From: Eledone cirrhosa
Taxonomy: Eukaryota
Length of the DNA stretch: 64,000 nucleotides
Assembly: GCA_964016885.1 (NCBI GenBank)
Contig: OZ024742.1
Location: forward strand, 212,722,001 to 212,786,000
Direction of reading: 5' to 3'
Part shown: positions 36,801 to 50,869 of the stretch, one piece after another
Layout of the letters: each line of letters begins with the position of its first letter
Numbering within the stretch: position 1 is the first letter of the stretch
The notes under the pieces: generated by a model
Told to the model about the DNA's origin: nothing
What the model saw: only the letters and a program-made list of their open reading frames with translations
Database searches by the model: none
Program-made: the position numbers and the translations under genes

Positions 36801-38098
36801 TCTATAACTCAACCTCCATAGAAAAGGGGTCTATTTGTGCACAAACAAATCCTACCTACCTGTGTTAAAGTTGCTTATGTACAAAATGAAATATTTACAC
36901 ACATGCTGTGATGCAGGTGATAGTAACAACCACCACCACCAAGCAGTTGTTAAAGGTGCCAATGGATTATGGCTACCCTCCATTCTTTGCCAGACACTAG
37001 CTTGATATATAACTCTTAAGAAAGATCACATCTCCTACAACACTTGCTTTAAAAAACTGCCACACTTTAATGATAGGACTGTAGCAATCTATAAACTGGT
37101 TTGTAGGGATGGACTGAGTATATATCTCGTACACACTGGGCCTTTCATGAGAAAATGTCTGATTAGGAACCAGTCCACATGACATCAATGCTTGTACATT
37201 AGCCAACTGCCCAACCAATAATGTGGATATAGGTTTATAGGCCTACACAGTGTATAATTTGTACTACATGTGTCAGATCTTACATTGGTGGCAGTATTCA
37301 CAATGTAGAGTAAATGTATACAAAGCTTTCTTCATAAAAAAAGCATCTGGAGGGATGACATGAACTAAGTTATGTTGATTGGCTGATTTAAGAGTACTAG
37401 TCTGTGAATGCCACAGCTCATTCACCCTAATGTTAGCATTAAAAAAAATAACTGTTTAGCTATTTTGATCTGTGCAGATCCTTAACTTTCTTGATAAAAG
37501 TTTTTAAATCTGAAACACTGAAAAGGATAATCATTGTAAGCCATTGCTCTTGTTTTCCTTACGTTTTACTTCTGTTTACACTCAATTGTAGTGGTTTTCT
37601 TAAACACCATTAAAAAGTATATTTGAATGCATAAAAAGAAGGCTATACAATAGAAACGACGAAAGTTATTGTGTAATGGTCAGGAATGGAATATAACAGA
37701 AGAATTAATCATATATTATCAACAGAACAATATGTGAAAGAAATTGTTGAACAAGGTAAAATATACATATCAGACCTAATCTACCTTATATGAAGCAACA
37801 GTTACTTATAACAGAGAAGATAACTGCTGAAGATTAATTTAACTAAAAAAGGAGTAGGCTAAATTTAGAGAAAACAATGCTTTAGAAGATTGGGATCTAA
37901 GAAAGGACAAGCAGTCTTAAGAGATTAACAACAAAGTTAATCATCTTAACCTGTTAGGATGAAAAAAGATGTTCAAATGACAATAACTTTACATTAGATA
38001 AGCAGAGGTAACTTCTTCAGCATTTAATCACTTTTAAATAGAGTTTATATATATATATATTAGTGTGGAAAATGGATGTTAAACGATGTTGATAATGA

Positions 38099-38840
38099 TC
38101 CTAATGTTTGTTGAGTGAGTTGGAATTTGGCCGGAGTATCGCTATTAGCTTTCTCCGATTATGTATTTATATATTTACTCTTGGAGCAACAGATATGAAC
38201 TTTCCCGATATAAGGTATGACTCTCTTTGTTTATTTTTTATATGAATATTGATTGTTAGTTCTTGTATCTCATTCTGTTATTTTGCCCGATAAAATATCT
38301 ATATGTGTCATTTGGCGGTGCGCACATATGAATATTTTTTCATATCCAATTAAGTTCTTGTCAGAGTTCAACGACCTGCGCATGTATTGTTTTTGGCGGT
38401 AGCCTCCTTCCTCCCATTTTCGGGAGAGTGTGAGATTTTCTTTAGAACTGCTGGACTAACAACCTAGCAGCTCCCTCAAACACTGATGGTGATTATCGCT
38501 AAATATTGATGTTGATTTGGTTATCAATATTAATATTATTGGGTTACCCACTGAATATTTATAAGAGCCCACTTGAATAAGTATCTGTTGATCTTACACA
38601 AGCTTCTACATAATTTGGTATAATTTCACCCAACTAGTAGAAATCTTATAATGAAACGAGTCGTCTGGGAAATGATATATTTGATATATCTCATATGAAA
38701 TAATACAGCCAATTATCCACACAATACAATATAGTTAGCACCCCAAACGTTTAATTGGGAATATACTCAGGTATTTCCTAATGTTTGTTGAGTGAGTTGG
38801 AATTTGGCCGGAGTATCGCTATTAGCTTTCTCTCATTATG

Positions 38841-38851
<11 letters not shown>
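38099..38851. repeat. 677-bp unit bounded by ~76-bp direct repeats (unclassified TE-like)
   Basis: tcctaatgtttgttgagtgagttggaatttggccggagtatcgctattagctttctc...attatgtatttatatat at 38099 and 38776. Confidence 0.8.
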
Positions 38852-38892
<41 letters not shown>

Positions 38893-39373
38893 AAATAAAT
38901 AAATAATTCTATATTAGAAAGTGATTTTACTGCCTACTAAGCTAGTATATACTATAGTGTTATTTTAATAGTTGGTATTTGAACATTATATTGGCGCATT
39001 GATGTCTTTCCTCCTTTGTTAAGATATAGAGACCACACTGATCATATTGCAATTCCAAATCAGCAGCTAGGTACTTGACAGAGGAAGTTCATGATTAATG
39101 CTTTGAGAAGACAATATGGAGTAAGTATATGAGAGGAAGGGTCTAAAATATGAAGGACTTATGGAATCCTGAGAAACAAGGATGGTAGTATATGGTGCTT
39201 TCAGTTGAGGTGGGATGTTGTGAGTTTATAGTTAGATTAGAAAGGACTACAGAGATTCATGAACTGGAAAGGGAAGGAGAAAATGCTTCATCATGGATAT
39301 GGCAGATGTATGAAAGATAAAGACAAAAGTTGAAAGTAAAAAGCAAATACTAAGCAGCTAGTAAAACAAGATA

Positions 39374-39476
39374 GTTGCTACATGGTTGGAGTAGCTACAA
39401 CTGCATCAAGTTTAGTGTGGTTGCTCCATCGTTGGAGTGGCTACAGCTGCATTCAGTTTAGTGTGGTGGCTACGTT
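39374..39476. repeat. 46-bp imperfect tandem repeat x~2.2
   Basis: gttgctacatggttggagtagctacaactgcatcaagtttagtgtg then gttgctccatcgttggagtggctacagctgcattcagtttagtgtg. Confidence 0.75.
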
Positions 39477-41922
39477 CCCTTATTCCCTACTAACATCAAT
39501 GTTGCATGGCATTGCTGTAATGAAGTGCTGAAATATTGTGATCCCCAGTCGACAGATGATGGAGAAAGTGTCCTGCAGTGCAAGTTGCATGTAAAATGAT
39601 AATACATTTTGCCACACACACAGACACACACTACCATCTCTTTTATGTCAACTTTTCCATGCTGGCATGGGTTGGACAGGACTTTTATTTGGCAATGTTC
39701 TACAGCTCGATGCTCATCCTGATACCAACATGCAGGGATACAGTGTAACTATTCTAAACAGTATCTTAATATAAACTAGATAACACACTAGAAATAAAGA
39801 TAAAGCAATATAACTTTTGCCTAATTACAAAGAATTTTTAGGTCATATTGTATTTTTTTATGCAAAAGAAATCAAATCTCGGAAAAAGCTATTGAGGATA
39901 ATTACTTGAGTTTTGTTCATTTTTATAAATTTGTTGTCCCAGAATTGCTGTGTAGTAATTATAGAATTATAGAATATCTTAAATTAAAAATTGAAACTGA
40001 AATAAACAGTTCCAGTGAAATATACTCAATTTTGTTTAAAAAGTTACGATCTTTAACTAGCCTTTACATCTATTTTATATGGTGAAATACAAAAGAGGGT
40101 GGTACTATTGCCTAAAAAAACTAATGATAAGGACAAAAATAAAAGTAGGGGGTAATAATGACACTGTAACTTCTTTTCTAGTTTAATGCTTTTAAGATGT
40201 TCTTAACATTTGCATTGAAATTATAAATTTTACCATGGACATGTGTATAATGTGAATAGAGAAAGCAACTTGTGTGAAAAAATGTTATGAGTTAATGGTG
40301 GAGCGTAATCAATGTTGAGGAAGACTGAGTAAAATGAAAACAAATCTAAGTTAGATTTTATAGAAGATATGAGGCAAGATTGAAATGATTTTAGAGATTC
40401 ACTGTATTACAAATCCACCCAACCTATGCTGGAATGGGGAAAAGAAAACAGATAATAATAAGTATACAATGGTTTTTATATAAGTTAATATTTTGTAAGT
40501 ACAAAAGCAGTTATAAAGAAAAATGTTCTTTTGCTTTATCTATAACTGTTTACTTAAATGTTGAAGGCAATACTTCAAACAGATTTGTTAGGCTAAAGAA
40601 AAGAAAAAAGTATAAAAATAAACACCAATGCATTTTGCATTTGAGAAAAAAAGAAAAAGGAAGTCACAGTAGAATGGTTGCATACTGAATATCAGCTGTG
40701 TGAATATGTCAGTAGTTTGCTGCTGAAATGATACTAAATGTGACCAAGAAAACAATTAATCCATACTTGGTAAGGGTTCTTTGTACAGTTCTATTCTAGT
40801 ATTTAAAACACACTTTTGAAAGGTTTATAAATATTTCATTTAGTATAGTTTATCATTTTACAAAACTGCAAGTGTTTATTGGGTCAATGTTTAGCACCAA
40901 ATTCTTAACAACTAAGCAATTCATAGGCTGAGAATTGACAGTCAACAGAGCAAAGGACGAAATAAAATAAGGCAAGGTATTTGTTCCAGCTGATTATGCT
41001 CCGAGTTTAAATACTCCAGAAGTCAACTTTTCCTTTCCGAGTTGTTAAAATAAAGTACCAATCCAGGGTGGTGGGTTGATAGGATTGTTAGAGCACTAGA
41101 GGAGATACCCTGCAATGTTATTTTGGCTCTTTACACTCTGAGTTTGAATCTTGTTCTGGCTTACATAGTTGGCAGGCTTAATCTGTCACCCAGTTTAACA
41201 CCACCATTTGGCCCTTCGTTGCCTTAAGTGGAGTTCAATCTGTTGCAAGCATTTGGACTAAATCTCTAATTTGAGGATATCTTCCACCTTCTGTCCCATA
41301 AATCTCAGAGACCATCCCTCCTTAACTAAATCAGTATAAAATAAATAAAACAAAAAAACAAAACAAAACATAATAAACACACCATTTATACTACAAAATG
41401 CTATTATAGTTGTCTATTGTAGGTAACTTTCTATGATTTGGAATCTATTCTCTTTGTAAATAAATAAAAATATCTGAATTAACAAGACCTGACTCTTGGA
41501 TATCAAGTTTACAGTCTGTTGGGGACAGGATAACTTCATTAAAACTATATTTTTTAATGATTATGAAATCTGTTTTAGTCACATGAGCATGGGAAGGATA
41601 ATTTTGCCCATTTTTATGGGTTACAGGAGTCTATGCTATAAATAGATGCCTTCCTTGACACTAATTCATACTGTTAAGTAGGAGTAGAATGTATCTTTCA
41701 GCAAAGTAAATTGATGCAAATAAAATAATTTATAGATCTAGAAAAATATAAATATTTACAATTTAAAAAAAGAAAAAGAAAACAAAAAGAATGTCTTAAC
41801 ATATTGGACATTAGTCCTTCATCAAGAGTAAAGTTAGGGGAGTTTGGAGGTTGGAAGAGAAAAACAAGAGGGGGAAAAAAAAAGGAAAAGCTTATCAGAA
41901 AGGCAGGCATGTATGTGTGCGC

Positions 41923-41966
<44 letters not shown>

Positions 41967-42140
41967 CAAATTAAAAGATATATGCATATTGAGCAGGAGA
42001 GAGAGAAAGAACCATATATGTTTTTTTTCTCTCTCTCAATATACATATGTCTTTTAATTTGAATTATTATAGCTCTGGATAAACGTCCATTGAGCTTTTT
42101 TATTGAGAAGCACAAGTATCAAGCATATGTTTTGATACCT

Positions 42141-42276
<136 letters not shown>

Positions 42277-42290
42277 TAAAAAAATCTTAC

Positions 42291-42491
42291 CTGTTACAGG
42301 TGCCTCAATGTCAATCATAGTTTTTTCTTGCCGCAGCAATGCAGCTCCTTCATTAATAATCCTTAATGCTACATCCTCTGTCACTCTACCTTCTAACACG
42401 AAATGCTGCTTTAACACATCAGGTTTAGGTTTGCCCCGAGGATCAAACACCTCTAGCGTTTGTAATCGATGACTTGGTGGAAAGGGTACAC
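42291..42491 (-). CDS. PPP3CA: Internal coding exon of calcineurin A (Ser/Thr phosphatase 2B catalytic subunit), equivalent to vertebrate exon 2
   Basis: Encodes [66 protein letters not shown], recognisably calcineurin A N-terminal region; acceptor tttctag| and donor |gtaaga; 201 nt, phase 1-1. Symbol denotes the family (CanA/PPP3C), not a specific paralog. Confidence 0.95.
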
Positions 42492-43338
42492 CTAGAAATG
42501 ATCAAAAGGAACAGTTAAGGAATTGTAAAAAGTAGAAACATTCATACAATAAGAAAATTTCAAATAAAGGAACAGACAAATATATCACCACAACCGAATA
42601 CTGATTTCTTACTTATGTGCAAGGCCTCTTACTATTAGAGAAGTAGAATTGTAAGTTGTGATGTGCATGTATTTCCCAATGAATGAAGTGAGTAAGATGA
42701 AATGCTTTCACCCCCTCCAAAATTATGTCACCACCCAATTTTGTAAATGGTTTGTTTATCAATACAACTTTGGAAACACACTTTCAAAAGAAAAGACTAT
42801 AATTTGATGGTCAAGATCAAGTTTGTTGTTGTCGTTTAGGTCCAGGTCAGCTATAATCAAACAGATCTATGATCCAATACATTCTAACCATGGCTATTTT
42901 GTTTCTATTCAGGTATAGTGTAATGATAACTGTATTATCCAACATGTCTCCTAGTAAGATTTAACTACTATTTCTAGCATATCGAGTGACCAGCTAGGGA
43001 TTCCCTTGTTGCCTCAATATTAAATCTGTTCTAAGCAGATAACTATAGTTTATCTGTCATTCATTTAAAAACATATATGTCAGTACTATGAATATGACAC
43101 AAATGAAAGTGAGCCATCTAAGATGTATTCAGTTACTTGCTTCAGTGTTGTATTGCTGATTTCAATTCATGCTAAGAGAAACTATCTTTTTACATCATCA
43201 GATCTAATAAAATATATACTATTAGTATACCTTAATCATTTCAACTGACTCTACTTTTTTTATTATTCATTTTATTTTTACAACAACTTTTCTCCAAATG
43301 TTAAAAGGCCGTTGAGCTTCATGGCAATACTGGCTTAA

Positions 43339-43575
43339 CTCTTTTGATAACTACCCAAAACCACCCTTAGTTTTACGATATAAAACTGTTTGTTTTAAAG
43401 TGTTTATATTTATCTAAAAACCTTCCACCATAATTTTATCTAACAACCTTTATTATCTTCCAAACACCAACTTAATAACTAGAAAGTTAGCTATATTATG
43501 AAATCCCTCAACATTCATGATTATATTCAAAATTATTCATAAGTGTCTTTCATTAGAAATATGGTAACAAAAGGG
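43339..43575 (-). mobile_element. piggyBac-type MITE family 2, diverged
   Basis: Reverse homolog of 32904-33145; ttaa left flank, caaaaggg right end. Confidence 0.55.
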
Positions 43576-45552
43576 TAAATTGTAGATGTTTTGCATTATT
43601 ACATCTAGATGATTTTTTCCAATAAAAACTAATCAGACACAAAGTGTGAAGCAGTATCTTTTTCTTTAACCAGATTAAAGCAAGCATAGTATTGTTCTTT
43701 AACTAGGGATATATTTAAATGTATGACCTTTTAGGTCTAGCTAATCTAGGTACCAGTTCAGTAGTTAGACCTAGATTACTACTTAGATTTTTAAGCTATT
43801 GTTCACCAATCATGATAAAAATGAGTGACAAGGGAGTTTCTGTAACAGTGAAGAACAAATATCTTAAAGGATTTTACTTGAAGAGCATTAGTTTTTTTCA
43901 TTTTTCTCATTGTTAACATCCTTTGGCAATGCAATGCACATCGGCAAATACACATACATATGACAGGTGTCAGCAGTTTCCATCAACAAAATTCCACTCA
44001 CAAGGTACTTGTCCACCCAAGGCTATGGTAGAAGACACATGTTCAAGGTGTTATATAATTTGATTGAACTTCTTAGCCAGAATGCCATGTTTCTAATGGT
44101 GATAAGACTGATCACCATTAGAAGCAGTGAGGGGATAGTTACTGTACAGTTGTCCATATATTTATAAAGAATAAACATCTGCAAAATACCAAATCCTCAA
44201 CTAACTGGCTGAAGTATCTACGTCTTCACGGGAAATAAATTAATTTAATTTTATTCAAATAAGAGTTATAGTGTTAATAAAAAAAAAAAAATTAAACCTG
44301 TTAGACTAACATCCCACACACTGAATTATCTTAACAGAAGGAAGTACCTTTTAAAATGTTTTTGTTGATTGTACGTAGTAAACTAGACATTTCATTTTAA
44401 TTATATCTTTTTCTGTGGAATAGATTGGAAAACTATTTTTAGACTAGATAATTATATAGTTGGATACTTTTTCTATAATCAGTAACTAACAAAGCAATAC
44501 TAGTATATATTTTCTAGTTAAATAGATTAAGGCCAATAAAAGTGCCTGTCTAAACTATGTCTTATAGTATACCGTAGATATTTATTTGTCTTCATGAAGA
44601 ATAAAGTTACATTCTTTATAAAAAAAAACAAAACATTTATCAACATCCTGGTAGATGGCAGAATCAATAGAGCATCAGACAAAATACCTTGTGGTATTTG
44701 GTTATGTCGCTTTACATTCTGAGTTCAAATCAACATCCATTCAACCGTCTTTCATCCTTTCGAGATCGAGAAAATAAATACCAGTGAAGTACTGCAATCG
44801 ATATAATTGACTATACCTGTGAAGGTGGTGCCTCAGCATGGACATAGTGCAATGACTGAAACTAGTAAAAGAATACAAGAATCCCAATATTTATGATAGT
44901 TTAGGTTTTTACAAGAACATAGAATTGCTTCTTTCCAATAAGCCATATTCTCATAAATTCTCTAAAACGTTTATTAATGTTTCTGTGGTCTGCTACTGCA
45001 TCTACATATAAGTTAGCACTAATTCGGTAAGTCCATTTTATCATTCCATTATATATTCAATAGTGTCGTCTAGTTCACAAGTAACATCTATCTAATGCTT
45101 TAATCAGATTATATTACAGACTGATACAGAACATCAGCAACTAATAGTCACCATAGCATTTGTACTGTTTCTTTTCCTTGCAGTATGTACAGTATCACAG
45201 TGGACACATGTATTTTGTTTTATATAACTGACTGAATGAGTTGGGGTGTATAACCCAACGAGACTATATATTTATCTTAGACTGAAAGGAGCCCAATAGA
45301 ATTCCTGGGTTGTCAGAAAAATTATTTTTTATGAAGTTATTGAACTTCAGAACTAAGTTATGATTTATTTAAAGAGGCATACCTATTCTGTTAATAAAAT
45401 TTCTGCAGTCAATTCTCTTTAGACTTGGAACTTAGAAGTAGTTGATTGCACTACACTCATTAGTTGATTTGGGAGTGTTTGATCACTCAATCCTTCTGTA
45501 ATGCTATTGTATCTATTTAGGTATTCATTAGATGCACTGCTTACTATTAATA

Positions 45553-45741
45553 TTAATTATTTCTATTTTTGGCACAAGGCCAGCAATTACCCAGTGCATT
45601 ACTGGTACTTTATTTTATCGACCCCCGTAAGGATGAAAGGCAAAGTTGACCTCGGCGGGATTTGAACTCAGATCATAAAGAGACATAACTCTATGCTTCA
45701 AAGCATGGTGTCCGACTCTATACCGATACTGCCAATCCACA
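45553..45741 (-). mobile_element. tRNA-derived SINE (family of 5501)
   Basis: Reverse complement homology to 5501-5694. Confidence 0.8.
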
Positions 45742-46339
45742 ATATTAATATTAGTTGCAAACAAAAGCAACGATGTAAAGAGATAAGTTGAATTAAACAA
45801 ATTTTTGTAAAACCAAAAAACCAAAACCCAAACACTAATTTAGAATAATTTTTCTTAAATATTTGCATTTTGTAGTCCTAATAATACAATTAGTTACGTT
45901 TGCAATTTTGGAGAAGCTTGTATACCATAGAAATCTGACAGAAAATAAATTTTAAAATGTTTTTCTTCTCCCCTGACACACAAACTTCCTGGGCTTGGCC
46001 TTTATTTCAATATTTAAACAATTAAAATGAAATAATTCTTAGAAAAGCATGACTAAAGGTGTTTTATTTTCATTTAGTTAGTAAGCATTCTAAGAAGACT
46101 TTGGGGTTTATATCAGGTCAGTGAGTGCTTTTATTCCTATTTGTATCATGCAAATGTCATTATATTAAAATTTCAATCTTTTGGGTGTAAAGTTTGATTT
46201 GAAGTGATGTCCTCTAAGATTACTTGCAAATACTGCAGTGACACAATTGTTTAGTGTAACTGTTATGAGCAGCCAACACGACAGCATCTACATAGCTGTT
46301 AAACTTACAAAACTACAGCCAAATTTCTCTCAACAAACT

Positions 46340-46675
46340 TCTTTTGCCCACTTATTCCTGACTAAGTTGTGGGAGTAAAGTCCTCAAACATGCTTTCCAG
46401 AGGGTCCTATCAGAAGCAACCATCTCCTAATGATCCAGCTGCCCCGCAAGAGTGACCAATTGTGTGTATGGGTGTTATCCAACCAACGTTCTCATGGTTT
46501 ACCTTTTTGACTCTTGCTGGTTGACTTTGCCCATAAAATCTGTCCTGTGGTTCTTTCTTAGATATTCTAACCACATGTCCAGAGTACCCGGAGCTGTGAT
46601 CCCTCACTGTAGAGAAGTAGCTGCTCTACCTGGAGTGACTCCCTGATCTCTGAGCTATGTAACCCTATCATGGGC
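46340..46675 (-). mobile_element. Degenerate Expander/Rex3-like RTE 3' fragment
   Basis: Homologous to 1270-1570 (ctctacctggagtga..., ctaaccacatgtcc). Confidence 0.7.
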
Positions 46676-49600
46676 TCTGTTTATTGAGAAATGTTTTAAA
46701 CTTGCTATTAAGTTAAGATCATAATTATTAAACTGTACAAAAGAAATCTAAGATATTGCACGAACATTTTTTTATATTATAACTCTAAAATAAGAGAATA
46801 AAATCACAATAATAGCAAATACCAGAATATATGCTACACTTCATTTAGTTTCATATTCCTATCTTCTGTGCTCAAATCCAACGGATTTTGCTTTTCACCT
46901 CCTCTGGGTGGGTATAAATAATATAGTACCAGTAATATACTGCATTAATTCAATTAAATAAGTATTGATAAAATGCGTGGTTGGTGTAATAGAAAGATTA
47001 CTTGCCAAAAGTAGAAGAGAGAGAGAGAGAGAGATCTTCTGAAACTTCATCACAGAAGGATGAGAAGCAAAGTTAATCCCAGTGGGATTTGGCCTCAGAA
47101 TGGAAAGAGCTAAAACAAATATTGCAAATGATTCTGCCTCTCAACTGCCACATATATATATATATCATCATCATCATCATCATTGTTTAACATCCATTTT
47201 CCATGCTAACATGGGTCAGGTAACTGTTTTACTCAAATAGGACTGTTTCTGACTAGGTTTCTTTGGCTGGATGCCCTTCCTACTGCCAACCACATTTACA
47301 GTGTGTGTAATTACGTGTGGATTTCCAATGGGTATCGAGAGGGGACCACAGTTTAAATGAGGCACTCAATGTCTGTTTTCCCTGCTAGCAAGGGTTGGAT
47401 GGATTTTCACAAACCAAGCCAGTATTCATGTGGGGTTACTGACCTCACAGACAGGCTGAAAGCCTGCATCTTGCTTACATATGATCCCACACTCTACTGA
47501 CTGCATTTTGACATGACGGATAGAGTGCTTTTTGGTATTTGTTCTGGCCCTCTGCTGTTTGAATTCAAATCCTGGTGAGGTCAACTTTACTTTCCATCCT
47601 TTTGAGGTCGATAAAAAAAAGTACCAGTCAAATACTGTGGTTGATTCTTCTTCTACATCTCTTTCTCATTTCCTCTCTCTCACTTTCTATCTTTCTCTGG
47701 AAGAAATCTGCTATACTCAGACCTGGCTAGGGATAGGCTCCGCTGGGCTTAAAAGTGCTCAAGAAACACTGTATATCAATACGGTGCCCCTATGACTATC
47801 AGGAGTTACGGGACCATACATACATATATATGTATTGGGAGGATCCTCAGTTGTGTCAAAAACTCAGTGAAACGTCGACTGTACATAAAGCGAGACACAG
47901 ATCCCTGGCCTCCCTGGGAAATCAGTTGCTCCACTTCAGGCCTGATTTGGTCTATGTAGACCTGTCCAACCCTTGCTGGCAGGGTAAGTGGATGTTAAAA
48001 TGATGGTGTGTGTGTGTGTGAGCGCGCATGAATTGACAATAATTCAGCCCTTGTTTGTAAATTTATATGAATATAATTAGATTTATATATATGCATAAAA
48101 TTGTTTAGTATTTGTGAATCTACAACTAAATATAGGCATTGAACAAGTCACACTATTTTTCCTAGGGGTTTGATGTCACAGCTATTGAGAAACCAATTTT
48201 GGTATGCATTTTATTTAGTCGCATCATCAAAGATGGAGGGGAGAGATAGATAGCAGCTTGAAATGCAAACCCTTCATAAAGAATGTAAACAAGTTTATAT
48301 ATCCAGGAATAACCAGGTAAGCAGGCATTGGAGGCAGGCAGAAGGTAAGCACCAATATTGCCAATTTAGCGTGAAACACACTGGATTTGACATGGTTTAA
48401 CAGTACTTAATGTGCAAATATTAGATTTGGCAGTGCTGTGCTATTTTAGGTTCTTTAGTATTTTATTTTAGCACATTTTTATAGTGTCTCTTAATAAGAT
48501 TTAAAAATCATGTATTTTTCGTTTGTAAATAACAATAATCTGAATCCTTTGCAGAAGTTCCCATCTATAAGTATCTTTGAATATCTTTTATAAACCATAA
48601 CTAAAATTGATTTTCAATGGAAGCAGCTACAGAATGTACCCTAGGTTGAAGTTTGGAATACAATTTCATTTTGGATTTAAGTTTATTTGTTGGGAGATTC
48701 TGCAGAAGTTAAACCATTCAAATAACTTTCTGTTTTAACATTTGTCACATTTAAATACTTATGTGGAAAATCTTTTTAGTGTCATGAATATTATTGATTA
48801 ACCAAATAATATCTATCAGAAAATAGGAACAATAGATGTCTATAGCTGACTCCTTGTTTTGGAATTCTTCGATTTTGATTAAATATAAGGCAGATGAATC
48901 AATTTTAGGTTTCTATGCCATCTCACAGCATCTTCATCTGGATGCTGTTGTACTTCCATGAATAAGGACGTCTTTCTACAGTCATATCTTTTTTCCTTGA
49001 ACAGCTAGACTTTGGAACTCTCTTCTATCTCATTGTTTTCTTCCTTCTTATGACCTGATCTCTTTCAAGTTGAAAGTAAATTAATTTCTTTAATTTAAAC
49101 ACAAAGTGGCTCAATGCCTTGAAAAAAAAAATCCATTTTAAATGTTTTAGTAGCAGTATTCGTCACCTACAGTTTTGTTTTATCCTCACACAAAGCTGTA
49201 ATAGTCATGATTTTTCCTTCTAATCATTACAAACCTTTAATATTTATCTATATACAATATTCACCCAGCTATTCTGTATCATTCACTTGAATTTAAATAA
49301 TCTATAGCATACATATAAAATTATGTTGTGTTAAAAATAACTCCTTTATATTTATTGAGACAAAAAAGAGAAGTGAGTATATTAAAAGAAAAATGTACTT
49401 CACATTTATTGAAATCATTTTGATATTTTCCTTCTAAAAAAAGTATGGAATTCAAATTATGAAAGATATTAATTATATAATAGATCAGTTATAAGAATAG
49501 ATAATAGTAGTTTTTCATCAAAGAATATGAATAGATTAATACTACATAAACAAAAAGAGCATTCATTTAAATAAAACCTCAAAAACAACCTATCAGCTAT

Positions 49601-49928
49601 TATATTTTTTACTGTGAAAATAAATTGTTTTTTTTTCTCCAAAAAGCAAATTTACAAGCTACTACAAAAACAAAAATTAGTAGTAAATTTTCAATCCATT
49701 AATATCAATTATTGTATATTATTTTTACCTGGTTAAGAAATATTGAGAAGATAGTCTCTATATAACTGTTTCTAATTTTTTTACACAAAACCTAATTACA
49801 TCAAATCAGTTGAAAAGTAGATAACATATTTATTTCAATCAGCTTATCTAGTTGTAATCAGCAGTGTCCACCAATATATCTCAGGATTATGTCTTTCAGA
49901 ACAACTGGTCATTTGAACTGAGACTTAA

Positions 49929-50125
49929 CCCGTTAGAATTTAAACTGGCCTTATCCAGCCAGAATTCTCTCATTTCTTTTTGTTCAAACTGGTGTTAAGG
50001 TATTATTCTCAAAATATATAATATCAAAATCTCATAGATTCAATATTATGTGAGATAATATATGCAGTAAAACCTTTACTGTGAAAATACAATAGTAAAT
50101 ATAGAGTAATGTAAATGCTAAAGGG
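49929..50125 (-). mobile_element. piggyBac-type MITE family 1
   Basis: TTAA at 49925-49928 and 50126-50129; CCC/GGG termini; reverse homolog of 15327-15510. Confidence 0.8.
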
Positions 50126-50869
50126 TTAAGCATTTAGTGCAACACACAGCTGTTTCTGTTACTTCACTCACATTTCAATCACCTGGTATGAAGAAAATCT
50201 AATTTTATCATATTTTTACTTTTGACAGGAAAAAATGTATAATTCTCATGAATATAATACCAAAATAAGAAATAAATTCATAAGAACATTTTTCTGTTTT
50301 TGTTTAACATTTTATCTACTGGCCACATTTTTCAAGTGTTGAAAGTTAAGGTAGCTTCTTGGTTACAAATATTACCATTAAAATTATGTAGAAGAACAAG
50401 GATACTAGGTGAAAAGGGAAGGAAATGTGAGAGAATATTAAAACCTAGAATTTGTATCAAATAATTGAGGTATTGAATCAAAATATGAAATATTAAAATT
50501 TTAATGCTATGATAAATCCTTAGTTAATCCATTTAACTATGAAAGTACAAATCATATGTAATTGAACAATGATATATGGTATCAGTAATATAAAATGAGG
50601 AAAGCAGGCAAATTTTGGATATAGTTTATAATTTTATGCATTTTTGGTAGTCTTAATATTATGTTTTATTGGAAACAGTTTTATGCAAGACAAATTTATT
50701 TTGTCCCCTCAGGTGATTCAGGATCAATCAATAACATTCAATGAATCCATTTATTATGATTACTGTTGGGGTGGATTTCTATAGTAAGATGCTTAACTCT
50801 TAAAATCCTACAATGATTTAGCAAAAAATATCTAAAAAAAAGGGTGTTAATTCAAATGTTTATAGTATC

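Noticed and set aside
35000-37250. Possible ancient LINE remnant (A/C-skewed, IHTDSSK-like motif)
   Set aside because: Too degenerate to assign without a profile search
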